A DNA stretch of 64,000 nucleotides from an uncultured bacterium (lineage in GTDB: Bacteria > Cyanobacteriota > Vampirovibrionia > Gastranaerophilales > Gastranaerophilaceae): contig URPS01000003.1 of the NCBI GenBank assembly GCA_900549855.1, forward strand, positions 4,658-68,657, read 5' to 3'. Position numbers and translations under genes: made by a program. Below are positions 18,581 to 28,062 of this stretch, piece by piece. The notes under the pieces were generated by a model, which saw only the letters and a list, made by a program, of their open reading frames with translations, had not been told where the DNA came from and searched no databases. Position 1 is the stretch's first letter. Every line of letters starts with the position of its first letter.

Positions 18581-18644
18581 CGTTTTCTGAGATTAGTACT
18601 ATAATTATTCTATTTATTCCATCAATTACCAGTTTAATATTTTT

Positions 18645-19925
18645 ATGCTATCATACCCTAGAGAGGGATATATGGCGCTAATTGATTCTGATAAAATTCT
18701 GCAACTCATACCGGCTATGCTAAATAAAGAGCTTAGTAGTGACGGGAAAACGATATTTAGAGCTTTAGAAAAAGTTCTTATTTTTGATGAATGTTTCATC
18801 TATTTTGCAAATCCTGAAAGTTTGCAACTAAAATATTCTTACAAAAAACACAACAATTACGAACAGGATACCTGTTTTGAGATAGATAATGACCTTAAAA
18901 AATTAGTTTTTGCCAACAATAGCAATATTCTTGATGACAATTCCGAGCTTATACAAGCGGTTAAACTTCAAGGAAGCAGGCAAAAATCATACCTACTCTC
19001 AAAAATTTCTATAAAATCTACTGTTTTTGGGATAATTCTACTTTCTAAAAGAGAAGAAAACTACTACAGACAAGAGGATTTAAACGCTTTGGATGTTATA
19101 GCGTCTATTTTATCCTATAAGTTGAAAGATTTAGAACTATCCAATGTTTTTAGAATGCAGCTAAGAGCGTTAAAAGACGGAATTTTAGAAAAGAATAATG
19201 CTTATAAAACTATAAAAGAACAAAATGAAAAGATTTTAGAAGCAGATAAAGTAAAAAACGAATTTCTTGCGAATATTTCGCACGAATTAAGAACTCCGCT
19301 GAATTCGATTCTTGGTTTTTCTGATATATTGAGTACGCAGCTTTACGGAAATTTGAATTCTAAGCAAGAAGAGTACATCAATGATATCAAGGTATCCGCT
19401 ACGCATCTTCTGGGCATGATTAACGAAGTTTTGGATATGTCAAAAATTGAAGCTAATGCTATGAAGATTGTAAAAAGTGCGTTTTGGATATCTAGAGCAG
19501 TTAATGAAGTTTGCAACATTCTAAAGCCACTGGCTTTAAAAAAGAATATCAACCTTAATCTTAATATGAAAGTGGATTTTGAAGTTTTTGCCGACTATCA
19601 AAAAATACAACAAATATTATATAATCTTGTCAGCAATGCAATAAAATATTCTCCTGAAAATGATAATGTCGAGATAAAAATTGAGGCTTTTGATGAGTTT
19701 TACAGAATTTCTATCCACGATAATGGAATCGGGATTGACAAAAAGTACCATGGCAAGATTTTTGCTAAGTTTGTTCAACTGGATAGTGCTTATACAAAAA
19801 AAGAAAGCTCTACGGGGCTTGGATTAACAATCACAAAAGAACTGGTGGAATTGCACGAAGGCAAAATCTCGTTAATCAGCGAAGTTAACAATGGGTCAAC
19901 ATTTATTGTGGAAATACCGTTTTAA
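18645..19925 (+). CDS. Sensor histidine kinase (GAF-like N-terminal region, HisKA, HATPase_c), with no transmembrane segment and no adjacent response regulator.
   Basis: H-box 'NEFLANISHELRTPLNSILGFSDIL'. N-box 'LYNLVSNAIKYS'. G-boxes 'HDNGIGID' and 'GTGLGLTI'. Confidence 0.85.
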   Translation: MLSYPREGYMALIDSDKILQLIPAMLNKELSSDGKTIFRALEKVLIFDECFIYFANPESLQLKYSYKKHNNYEQDTCFEIDNDLKKLVFANNSNILDDNSELIQAVKLQGSRQKSYLLSKISIKSTVFGIILLSKREENYYRQEDLNALDVIASILSYKLKDLELSNVFRMQLRALKDGILEKNNAYKTIKEQNEKILEADKVKNEFLANISHELRTPLNSILGFSDILSTQLYGNLNSKQEEYINDIKVSATHLLGMINEVLDMSKIEANAMKIVKSAFWISRAVNEVCNILKPLALKKNINLNLNMKVDFEVFADYQKIQQILYNLVSNAIKYSPENDNVEIKIEAFDEFYRISIHDNGIGIDKKYHGKIFAKFVQLDSAYTKKESSTGLGLTITKELVELHEGKISLISEVNNGSTFIVEIPF

Positions 19926-19980
19926 TAAGGTAAGTAATTAAGTGCCATTATTATAAGAAAAACCTTCAAGAAAGAAGACT

Positions 19981-20011
19981 GGATTGCTTCGCTCCCGCTC
20001 GCAATGACGTT
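19981..20011. repeat. 30-bp GC-rich repeat, copy 2 (reverse orientation), immediately downstream of the protease-like gene stop.
   Basis: 'GGATTGCTTCGCTCCCGCTCGCAATGACGTT'. Its reverse complement matches 7187-7216 with 1 mismatch. Confidence 0.7.
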
Positions 20012-20012
20012 T

Positions 20013-20774
20013 TCACCCATTATCCTTCAAATCACTATCAAAATAACCGACTATAAATTTAAATGTATTCAATGCGGTATCAATATTCATTGTACGAGGT
20101 TTATTTGCATGCTTTTCTTTAACAGTAATTGTATTGTCTTCCAAGTTTACATTCTCAATAACATACACATGCCAAGTTCTGCTATCAAGCATTTTTACAC
20201 CCGTTCCAATTACAAAGCTATATTTTTTCTCTTCTTCCATTTGTTTAAAGAGTTTCATAACCTCATCTTTATATCCTGACAAATCAATATTATAATCCGT
20301 TTCTGCAATAATTCTAGGTTTTTTACCTGTTAATATTTTCATGAAATGTGAAGGCAAATTATTCTCAAAAGAATAAGTCTTAAAACTGTCTGTGAATCTG
20401 CAAATCCAAGGTTTTGCTTTATATTTATCTTCATATTCAGCGACAGAAACATCCATGCTTCTTATAATTTCGTTAGGTTGATATTTGTATAATTTGTCAT
20501 ATCCTTTAACAACCGCATTTGTCGGGACTACAAACTTTTCTTTCTCTCCCATTGGGTTGTATAAATAGCAATTCATCAATTTAGGATTCTTATCATCATA
20601 TTGAATGTGTTCTTTTAAAACTTTGCATCCGTTAGGCGTGTGAGATAATGTTTCCAGCGTCGTCATGAGATAGCAATCGCTAAAATGTTGTTTTGCATTC
20701 TTAAAACCATCAATATCTTTATCAGATATTGACGCACGAAAATTTGGATTTGCAGAACTTATACGACCTAACAT
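20013..20774 (-). CDS. Papain-fold (calpain-like, clan CA) cysteine peptidase-like protein with no signal peptide.
   Basis: 'AKQHFSDCYLMTTLETLSH' resembles the calpain active-site block 'Q....DCWLLAALA.L' (Gln five residues before Cys). A His candidate 'RTWHVYVIENVN' lies about 165 aa downstream (calpain 'HAYSV'), with Asn candidates at H+6 (ENV-N) and H+11 (ED-N). The spacing is compatible. Confidence 0.4.
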   Translation of the reverse strand: MLGRISSANPNFRASISDKDIDGFKNAKQHFSDCYLMTTLETLSHTPNGCKVLKEHIQYDDKNPKLMNCYLYNPMGEKEKFVVPTNAVVKGYDKLYKYQPNEIIRSMDVSVAEYEDKYKAKPWICRFTDSFKTYSFENNLPSHFMKILTGKKPRIIAETDYNIDLSGYKDEVMKLFKQMEEEKKYSFVIGTGVKMLDSRTWHVYVIENVNLEDNTITVKEKHANKPRTMNIDTALNTFKFIVGYFDSDLKDNG

Positions 20775-20857
20775 ACTTATATTAAAGTAAAAAAATGTAA
20801 ATTATTGATAAATTATTGCAAAAATGTTACAATTTTAACAAAATAAGGAATTAAAAT

Positions 20858-21286
20858 ATGAAGATAATTTTGGGCTCCGACCATGGAGGATATAATTTAA
20901 AAAACATTATTATAGCTCACTTAGAACAACAAGGTATTGAAGTTGAAGATTTGGGCTGTTATTCTGAAGATTCTTGTGACTATCCGACAATTGCAAAAGC
21001 TGTTGCAGAAAAGGTTTTGCTTACAGGTTCAAGAGGAATTCTCGTTTGTGGAACAGGTATTGGCATGTCAATTTCTGCTAATAAATTCAAAGGGATAAGA
21101 GCTTCTTTATGTTCTGATACGTATTCTGCCAGAATGACAAGAAAACACAACGACTCAAATATTTTATGTTTAGGTGAAAGAGTTGTCGGACATGGACTTG
21201 CACTTGATATTGTTGACACTTGGCTTGTTACAGAATTTGAGGGTGGAAGACACAAACGAAGAGTAGATATGTTAGAATTAGGATAA
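20858..21286 (+). CDS. rpiB: Ribose-5-phosphate isomerase B.
   Basis: 'MKIILGSDHGGYNLK' and 'VCGTGIGMSISANK'. Confidence 0.9.
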   Translation: MKIILGSDHGGYNLKNIIIAHLEQQGIEVEDLGCYSEDSCDYPTIAKAVAEKVLLTGSRGILVCGTGIGMSISANKFKGIRASLCSDTYSARMTRKHNDSNILCLGERVVGHGLALDIVDTWLVTEFEGGRHKRRVDMLELG

Positions 21287-21290
21287 AAAA

Positions 21291-21698
21291 ATGACAGAAG
21301 AATTAACATCTTATAAATTTGCTTGTATTGTAGCAAGATTTTTGGAAGAAGGAATTGCAAAAGATATTTCTATTTTAAATATCAGCAATGTGTCTTCTTT
21401 TGCAGATTATTTTGTAATCTGTTCTGCACAAACCAGTACACAAGTAAAAGCGTTGACTGAAAACTTATCAGACAAAGTAAAATCAACATTCTCAAGACTA
21501 CCAATCGGACGTGAAAATGACGTTAAAAACCGTTGGAATTTGATTGATTATGGTGATGTTGTAATCCACATTTTGCAACAAGATGAAAGAGAAGCTTACG
21601 CAATAGAAAAATTCTGGAATCATGCGTTCAGTATTCCTCAAGAAACTTGGATGAATGAATCAAAAGAATACTCAAAATACGAAAATATTGAAAGATAA
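21291..21698 (+). CDS. rsfS: Ribosome silencing factor RsfS (Iojap family).
   Basis: 'DISILNISNVSSFADYFVICSAQTSTQVKAL' matches the RsfS core. Confidence 0.8.
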   Translation: MTEELTSYKFACIVARFLEEGIAKDISILNISNVSSFADYFVICSAQTSTQVKALTENLSDKVKSTFSRLPIGRENDVKNRWNLIDYGDVVIHILQQDEREAYAIEKFWNHAFSIPQETWMNESKEYSKYENIER

Positions 21699-22776
21699 TA
21701 AGAAGATGGACAAAAAAGAATTAAATAAAGCAATTGAAAAAACTGTATTAAAAATGGCTCTTGAGCCTAAAAATACTGACCATTACCATGAATTGGCTAA
21801 ATACTATGCAATGGATAACCAGTACGAAAAAGTTATATCAGTTTATGAGAGCTTGTTAGAAATTGACCCTAAAGATTTACAGACACTATTGAATTTAGGT
21901 AGTATTTGGTTCTATTCAAAAGAATACAAAAAAGCTTTGAAGTATTTTAACCAAGCAATGCTTGTAAATCCTAGCAACTATTTGGTTTACTATAACATGG
22001 CCAATACTTATGCAGAACTTAAGAATTTCCCGAAAGCTTTACATTTTTATAACAGAACACTTGATTTCAATGCTTCAGATCCGGAAGTTTATAACGCAAT
22101 AGCACTTCTTTATCACGATTTTGAGGACTTTGTAGAAGCTAGAGCCTATTATGAAAAAGCATTGTCGCTTGACCCTGAAAATTTAACAGCATTGGTTGAT
22201 TTAGGCAATGTTTGTTTTAAATTATTTGATTATAATAAAGCACTTGAATATTATTACAAAGTTTTTGCGCTTGCTCCTGATAACAAGACTGTTGCATTGT
22301 GCATAGCTAACACTTTAGCTGTTTGCAAGGACAAAGAAAAATGTTATGAATACTTTGAAAAGGCGATTGCGCTCCCCGGAGATAACTATAAAGCAAATAT
22401 ATGTTATGCAATTGCAAAATCAGATTTCAAAGACTATGAGGACGCTATTGAACTTTATAAACGAGCTATAAAAATCAACCCTAAAGAAGCGAACTCTTAT
22501 ATTTTATTAGGTAATTTGTATTCTAACGTTAAAAAATACAAAGAAGCTGAAGAACAGTATAAAGAAGCACTTAAAATCAATAAACTTGATCCAAGTATTT
22601 ATGTACTTATTGCAAACGTATATTATATGAGCGGTCAAATAGAGCGTTCAATTTACTCTTATAGAGCAGCAGTAAATATGCGCCCTGAAAATGATGAGTA
22701 CAAATTGGTATTCATACAAGTTTTAGACGATTTTGTAGAAGATTATAGAAAGGAAGATATCGTTGCAGCCTTCTAA
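21655..22776 (+). CDS. TPR repeat protein. The true start is probably the ATG at about 21707 ('MDKKELNK').
   Basis: Multiple 34-aa TPR units ('AYYEKALSLDPEN', 'EYYYKVFALAPDN', and others). Confidence 0.7.
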   Translation: MNQKNTQNTKILKDNKKMDKKELNKAIEKTVLKMALEPKNTDHYHELAKYYAMDNQYEKVISVYESLLEIDPKDLQTLLNLGSIWFYSKEYKKALKYFNQAMLVNPSNYLVYYNMANTYAELKNFPKALHFYNRTLDFNASDPEVYNAIALLYHDFEDFVEARAYYEKALSLDPENLTALVDLGNVCFKLFDYNKALEYYYKVFALAPDNKTVALCIANTLAVCKDKEKCYEYFEKAIALPGDNYKANICYAIAKSDFKDYEDAIELYKRAIKINPKEANSYILLGNLYSNVKKYKEAEEQYKEALKINKLDPSIYVLIANVYYMSGQIERSIYSYRAAVNMRPENDEYKLVFIQVLDDFVEDYRKEDIVAAF

Positions 22777-23170
22777 ACAAATATACCCGATTGAAAGATT
22801 AATTTCAGCATTATCATACTTGACTGCAGGTGGTGCAGGTTTTGTATGGTTACTTATTGCAGCTTTAATGAAAAAGCATGTAACTCCGTTTTTGTTATAT
22901 CACATTTTACAATCAATTTTTCTTTCAATTTTGTATTTTTTGATTGCAACTTTTGCAGATTTAATTTATGTGATTTTATATAGAATTCCTCTAATTAATG
23001 CAATTCCTTATTTTATAAATATGCCGCTACCGTTTTTATTCGGCTTATCAATTTTGCAAGGTTTGACAACAGCAGTTATTTTATATCTGGCAATAACTGC
23101 ATTTTGCGGAATTTATAGCTACATTCCTTGGGTATCAGATATTATAAATACAAATACCGGTAGAAAGTAA
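22763..23170 (+). CDS. Integral membrane protein (4 predicted TM).
   Basis: Hydrophobic ORF. Confidence 0.4.
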   Translation: MQPSKQIYPIERLISALSYLTAGGAGFVWLLIAALMKKHVTPFLLYHILQSIFLSILYFLIATFADLIYVILYRIPLINAIPYFINMPLPFLFGLSILQGLTTAVILYLAITAFCGIYSYIPWVSDIINTNTGRK

Positions 23171-23171
23171 A

Positions 23172-24095
23172 CTATAGCACCATTGCAAGAATCATAAGTA
23201 TCATTGCACCAATTTCCATTGCGGTGGACATTCTTTGACTGAATTTATTTGAATCATATTTTGATGCAGATTTTTTAGCTTTGTTTACGCTATTTAAGCG
23301 TTTAATTCTTGTTGCTGAGTCTTCATTAGAAAATTCAGTGCCAAAAGTCTCGAATTCCATTTGGGATAATTCGTCATTCAAATTTGGATTATAAGTTTGT
23401 GCCGGACTTGCAGCTCCTGTAATTGCGTCACCATAATTAGCATATGGTCTTGTATAATTTTTCTGTCCGAAAGGCATTCCAAAACGGCTAAATCTTGTTC
23501 CGCCCAAATCATTTGAGTTTAAATCACTAGAACGATTATCTCGATATTCATTATCAAATTTTGAAGAGTCTGCAAGTGTTTCCGGCATGACTTCTGCTTT
23601 TATTCTATCCATACGAGTCGAATAATCGTCAACATCATACACTTTACCAAAAAGTTTCTTTTCAATAGTTACTATACGAGTATGAAAATCTCTGTCTTTG
23701 TGTGTTACATTAAACAATTTTTTCTCAATTTCGTCTACAATTGGGTAGTTTACAGTACTATCCGCTGCAACTTTATCTTTTTCAGCAAAACTATCTTCCG
23801 TCGGTTCTATTTCTAATCCGATAACATCAGCAGAAATATCTCCTGAAAGGCGCTTAATACGTTTATTAACATCACCTGTAGAAGCTTTACCGTAAATTGT
23901 CTTCTCTAAACGAGAAACACGATTTTGAGTGGAGTCATTCTTATAATCAAAACCATAAATTTCATTTTCGATTTTCGAAATAGTACTGACTTGCGTTGAA
24001 GTCGCTAATGTAGATGGGACTCCGAGCGCAAGATACATTAATATTAATAAAGTCGCAAGAAATTTTTTCATAGTGGCACCACCTTGTGATACCAC
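23172..24095 (-). CDS. Secreted hypothetical protein.
   Basis: Signal peptide 'MKKFLATLLILMYLALGVPSTLA'. C-terminal hydrophobic tail. Confidence 0.4.
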   Translation of the reverse strand: MVSQGGATMKKFLATLLILMYLALGVPSTLATSTQVSTISKIENEIYGFDYKNDSTQNRVSRLEKTIYGKASTGDVNKRIKRLSGDISADVIGLEIEPTEDSFAEKDKVAADSTVNYPIVDEIEKKLFNVTHKDRDFHTRIVTIEKKLFGKVYDVDDYSTRMDRIKAEVMPETLADSSKFDNEYRDNRSSDLNSNDLGGTRFSRFGMPFGQKNYTRPYANYGDAITGAASPAQTYNPNLNDELSQMEFETFGTEFSNEDSATRIKRLNSVNKAKKSASKYDSNKFSQRMSTAMEIGAMILMILAMVL

Positions 24096-24271
24096 TATAA
24101 TGGGTGGAAATAATCTTCTCTATTGAACCACGTAGTACATTCTAAAAAATAAAAAACAGTCAATTTTCAGTAATCCGCTAGAGCAATTTTTCACTTGTAC
24201 TTACCAAAACTCGTTAATCAATGTGGGGTATTCAACTTTACTTTAGTTTCTTAAGAGTGTATTATTAAATT

Positions 24272-24616
24272 ATGTTACCAAAAGAATACAGACTAAAAAA
24301 AAGAAGCGCATTTAAAGCCACCTACAAGACTGGGAATACACTTTATTCCGGTGGAATTACAGCTTTTTGCGGAAGAAAAAAAGATAATGCTTACCCTACA
24401 AAAATTGGTTTTGTTGTAAGCAAAAAAATTCATAAAAGAGCTGTTAAAAGGAATCGAATAAAAAGGCTAATGCGTGAAAGTTATAGACTTGCAATAAAAA
24501 ATCGTACTCTTTCAAAACAGTACATGTCCGTAATATTTGTTGCGTCTTCTAAACTTTTGGAAAAAGATTTTAAATATATTGATACACATATTAACAAATT
24601 GGCTGATAAATTATGA
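24272..24616 (+). CDS. rnpA: Ribonuclease P protein component.
   Basis: 'LPKEYRLKKRSAFKATYK' and the basic 'KRAVKRNRIKRLMRE' RnpA motif. 114 aa. Confidence 0.75.
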   Translation: MLPKEYRLKKRSAFKATYKTGNTLYSGGITAFCGRKKDNAYPTKIGFVVSKKIHKRAVKRNRIKRLMRESYRLAIKNRTLSKQYMSVIFVASSKLLEKDFKYIDTHINKLADKL

Positions 24617-25167
24617 TAGATGGAATTATCACACCAGCATTGCGTGACATTGATTATTTAGCACCAGCTGCTCCTTATCCGGTAATACCATCCGGACTTA
24701 CAGTACATCAAAAATCTATTTATCGCTACTCAATACCGACAGATGAACAACCAACACTAACGATATTAAACTATATTCCGGATTATAACGGAAATTTCAT
24801 CAAACCCGGACACTATGAACTTGCATTATCGAATGATAAAGAATTTATGTATCTAATAGAATCTAAAGATTTGATTGCAGTTATTCCTGTGTTTAAAATT
24901 GCAGAAAATGAACAAGAATTACGCAGATATTATGAAAAAAATAAAAATTTAGACAAAAACGACAAAAAAATAATTGCCAAACAAAAAAGAAAAGAAAAAT
25001 TTCAAAAAATTATTGATGCTAAGTATGCAAAAACAGGCGCAACACCCCCAAAAGAATATGAACATATGGATGCAACAATAGAATATGTAAAAGAAGGCGG
25101 GTACTATTTAATCATGTACGAAAAAGGATTTATTAGAGCATGGGGAGCTATAAAAGCAACTGAATAA
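24613..25167 (+). CDS. Hypothetical protein with a Lys-rich C-terminal half; not YidD.
   Basis: ORF whose start overlaps the rnpA stop by 4 bp. Confidence 0.4.
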   Translation: MIDGIITPALRDIDYLAPAAPYPVIPSGLTVHQKSIYRYSIPTDEQPTLTILNYIPDYNGNFIKPGHYELALSNDKEFMYLIESKDLIAVIPVFKIAENEQELRRYYEKNKNLDKNDKKIIAKQKRKEKFQKIIDAKYAKTGATPPKEYEHMDATIEYVKEGGYYLIMYEKGFIRAWGAIKATE

Positions 25168-25282
25168 GTACTAAACACATCGATATTGAGTCAACTTTTA
25201 ACTGTTACAATTTTTTAGAGAAATATTCTAACCTTGTTAATTACTAAATTTTTTTATATAATATTTCTAATACAGAGGTAAT

Positions 25283-25927
25283 ATGTCAGGGGATAAAAGA
25301 GACAATATTTTTTATATAACTCATAGTGGCGAACTTCTTATTTGGCTCGTTATAATTCTAATTATTGTTGCTGTGTCGACCATTACATATGTTTCAAATA
25401 CACAAAAGGACAATGATTATAACATTTTTATGAGTGACGTTGACGGACTTATTGTTGGCTCTCCTGTAAGAATGATGGGAATAGAAGTCGGACATGTTAC
25501 GAAAATTAAACCAACAAATGGAGAAGTTTACATAAAATTTCTTATTACTGATAAAAACCTTACATTACCACAAGGCACAATAGCAACTGTAGAATTCAGT
25601 GGTATGGCAGGTTCCAAGTCACTGGAGTTATACTTGCCGGATTCTAATACGTATATTGATAATAATGTTCCAATGATTACGGTAAATCCGCCAAAACGTT
25701 TGCATGACGCTGCCGGTTTATTGAATGATATGTTTGATAAGCTTAATTCAATACTGTCAAATTCTTCTTCATTTGGTAATCAAATACAAAAGATGGATTT
25801 ACCTAAAGTAAACAGCAATGAACAAAATATGAATGATATTCTGAAATTTGCGGATGATATGGTCAATGAATCTAACGCTAAAGCAGAAAAATTAGGAAAT
25901 GATATTAATAAATTAAGACAAAAATAG
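25283..25927 (+). CDS. MCE-family (MlaD-like) protein with an N-terminal TM anchor.
   Basis: 'GLIVGSPVRMMGIEVGHVTKIKP' is the MCE-domain signature. Confidence 0.7.
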   Translation: MSGDKRDNIFYITHSGELLIWLVIILIIVAVSTITYVSNTQKDNDYNIFMSDVDGLIVGSPVRMMGIEVGHVTKIKPTNGEVYIKFLITDKNLTLPQGTIATVEFSGMAGSKSLELYLPDSNTYIDNNVPMITVNPPKRLHDAAGLLNDMFDKLNSILSNSSSFGNQIQKMDLPKVNSNEQNMNDILKFADDMVNESNAKAEKLGNDINKLRQK

Positions 25928-25929
25928 GA

Positions 25930-26586
25930 GTGGTTATGGAGTATAAAAATTTAAAAGTAATTTCTAATCCGATAGTAAATCAGAGTCTATGTACGATGCG
26001 CAATAAAAATACGGATACGGAAGGTGTGCGTTTAGCTGCAAGAAAACTTACCAGAATATTACTGTATGAAGCAACAAAAAACCTTCCGCAAAAGGATATT
26101 GAAATCGAAACTCCGCTTGTAAAATTTAATACTCAGACAATTGATCCTGATATTAAAATCATAATATCCCCTATTTTAAGAGCAGGTTTAATTTTTACTG
26201 ACGAAGCCGTTGATATCTTACCACAAGCAGCAATTAGACATATCGGTATGTATCGTGATGAAAAAACTTTAAAACCGGTTTGGTATTATAACAAAGTTCC
26301 AATGCCTGTTGATAATCCGAACGACTATTATATCTATATTACAGACCCAATGCTAGCTACAGGTAATTCTCTTACTGAAGCCATAAAATTATACATTGAT
26401 AAAGGCATTCCGGAAAAAAATATTTGCTGTATTTGTATGATATCAGCTCCACAAGGTGTAGAGGCCGTTTTATCAAAATACCCAAATATAACACTTATTG
26501 TTGCAGCAGTAGATTCTCACTTGAACGAAAGAGGATATATCGTTCCAGGCATGGGCGATGCAGGAGATAGAATTTTTAATACGTAA
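25930..26586 (+). CDS. upp: Uracil phosphoribosyltransferase.
   Basis: 'PIVNQSLCTMRNKNT', 'YITDPMLATGNS' and 'IVPGMGDAGDRIFNT'. Confidence 0.9.
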   Translation: MVMEYKNLKVISNPIVNQSLCTMRNKNTDTEGVRLAARKLTRILLYEATKNLPQKDIEIETPLVKFNTQTIDPDIKIIISPILRAGLIFTDEAVDILPQAAIRHIGMYRDEKTLKPVWYYNKVPMPVDNPNDYYIYITDPMLATGNSLTEAIKLYIDKGIPEKNICCICMISAPQGVEAVLSKYPNITLIVAAVDSHLNERGYIVPGMGDAGDRIFNT

Positions 26587-26655
26587 AATTTTGTAAATTT
26601 TTAAAATCGGAAAATACATTAATCCTATTTTTCAAATACGTATTAAAATTATTAT

Positions 26656-26868
26656 ATGGACAAATATAATAATCTTACAGAACGAGAAAAAGAAGTACTA
26701 GAGCTTATAATTCAAGGCAAAAGTAATCCGCAGATAGCAAATGAATTGATACTTTCAATTCATACTGTAAAGGCGCATCTTGAAAGCATCTACAAAAAGC
26801 TTGGTGTGCATAATAAAGTTCAAGCTGCAGTTTATACTGTTATAAATGTAAAACAAATTTTAAACTAA
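26656..26868 (+). CDS. LuxR/GerE-family helix-turn-helix transcriptional regulator (stand-alone HTH, 70 aa).
   Basis: 'LTEREKEVLELIIQGKSNPQIANELILSIHTVKAHLESIYKKLGV'. Confidence 0.75.
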   Translation: MDKYNNLTEREKEVLELIIQGKSNPQIANELILSIHTVKAHLESIYKKLGVHNKVQAAVYTVINVKQILN

Positions 26869-27399
26869 ATAATCTACAACCTCTTTTGGAGTAGATGCTA
26901 CGTAATAAAGTTCTTTTGAAGCCTCTGGTGCAAAATTCTCACTAATTATAGTATTGAAAAATTCTATTAATTTATTGTAAAACCCATTTGTATTCAACAA
27001 GACGATTGGCTTTTTGTTGTACCCTAATTGTTTTTGCACTATCATCTCAGAGATTTCTTCTAAAGTTCCAAAACCTCCGGCAAGCGCTACAACAGCATCT
27101 GATAATTCATCCATCTTGGCTTTTCTTTCCCTCATACCGCTTGTTTTATGAAATTCTACGCAATCAGAAGGATTTGCAACACCCAAGTCATAAAACTTTT
27201 GTGGCATAACACCAATTAACTTGCCACCATTATCCTTAACAGAAGAAGCGCAAGCATACATAACTCCAAGTCTTCCGCCGCCATATACAACATTAATACC
27301 TTTAGCACCAAGCATTGCACCTAATTCAGCTGCATCCTTGTAATAAATTTTGTTTAACTTATTTGAAGACGAAGCAAATACGCAAACATTTTTAATCAT
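26860..27399 (-). CDS. LOG-family protein (TIGR00730, cytokinin riboside 5'-monophosphate phosphoribohydrolase-like).
   Basis: 'VCVFASSS', 'YGGGRLGVMYA' and 'GGFGTLEEI'. Confidence 0.8.
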   Translation of the reverse strand: MIKNVCVFASSSNKLNKIYYKDAAELGAMLGAKGINVVYGGGRLGVMYACASSVKDNGGKLIGVMPQKFYDLGVANPSDCVEFHKTSGMRERKAKMDELSDAVVALAGGFGTLEEISEMIVQKQLGYNKKPIVLLNTNGFYNKLIEFFNTIISENFAPEASKELYYVASTPKEVVDYLV

Positions 27400-27980
27400 T
27401 AATCAAAACTCCCGCCTTGCAAATAATACGAAGAACAGCAAAGTCCGGTACCATTTTTTGAGCAATCTTGTTTTTGTTCACTTACAGGTTTTTCCTTACA
27501 AAATGGTTCAAATCTATCTGTATAAATATTAAAACCAAAAACGTCTTTTCCCCAAATATTAGGTTTTCGAGTTCCATTTATGTCATACAAAAGTACACCT
27601 ACCACCCCATCTTGAGGTTTATCGAAAAATTTGTAAGCAAGAGATGAATTTGCTTGTGTTTGCATAAAATTAGAAAATCTATATGTTATGTTAGGATAAG
27701 TGCCATTCAAGAAATTAATTTTATACGCATCAACATCATTCTTCACCTGTCCAGTTATTACTTCTGCAAATGCAGTGTGTAAATCAAAGTCCTTAGAATC
27801 TTTTTGCGTATTAATCGAATAGAAAATATTAGAAAAATCAGACTGTACGTTTTTCCATCGAGAAGTATAATTTGCCTGAACAGTATCATCCATTGACAAT
27901 GGAGCAACAAGAAAGGCTACTATCAAAAATATTACAAATAGTATTGAAACCTCTACAAGTGTAAACCCTCTTTTCTTCAT
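27399..27980 (-). CDS. Prepilin-type N-terminal cleavage/methylation-domain protein (type IV pilin / pseudopilin-like) with a Cys-rich C-terminus.
   Basis: 'MKKRGFTLVEVSILFVIFLIVAFLV' is the class III signal (G^FTLVE). The C-terminus carries 'CKEKPVSEQKQDCSKNGTGLCCSSYY'. Confidence 0.65.
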   Translation of the reverse strand: MKKRGFTLVEVSILFVIFLIVAFLVAPLSMDDTVQANYTSRWKNVQSDFSNIFYSINTQKDSKDFDLHTAFAEVITGQVKNDVDAYKINFLNGTYPNITYRFSNFMQTQANSSLAYKFFDKPQDGVVGVLLYDINGTRKPNIWGKDVFGFNIYTDRFEPFCKEKPVSEQKQDCSKNGTGLCCSSYYLQGGSFD

Positions 27981-28062
27981 AATAACCTTTCTTTTTAATG
28001 TTACATTTTTACAGCAATAGAATGGAGCATTTGAACAATTTCGATGTCCTGCATTTACCCCT

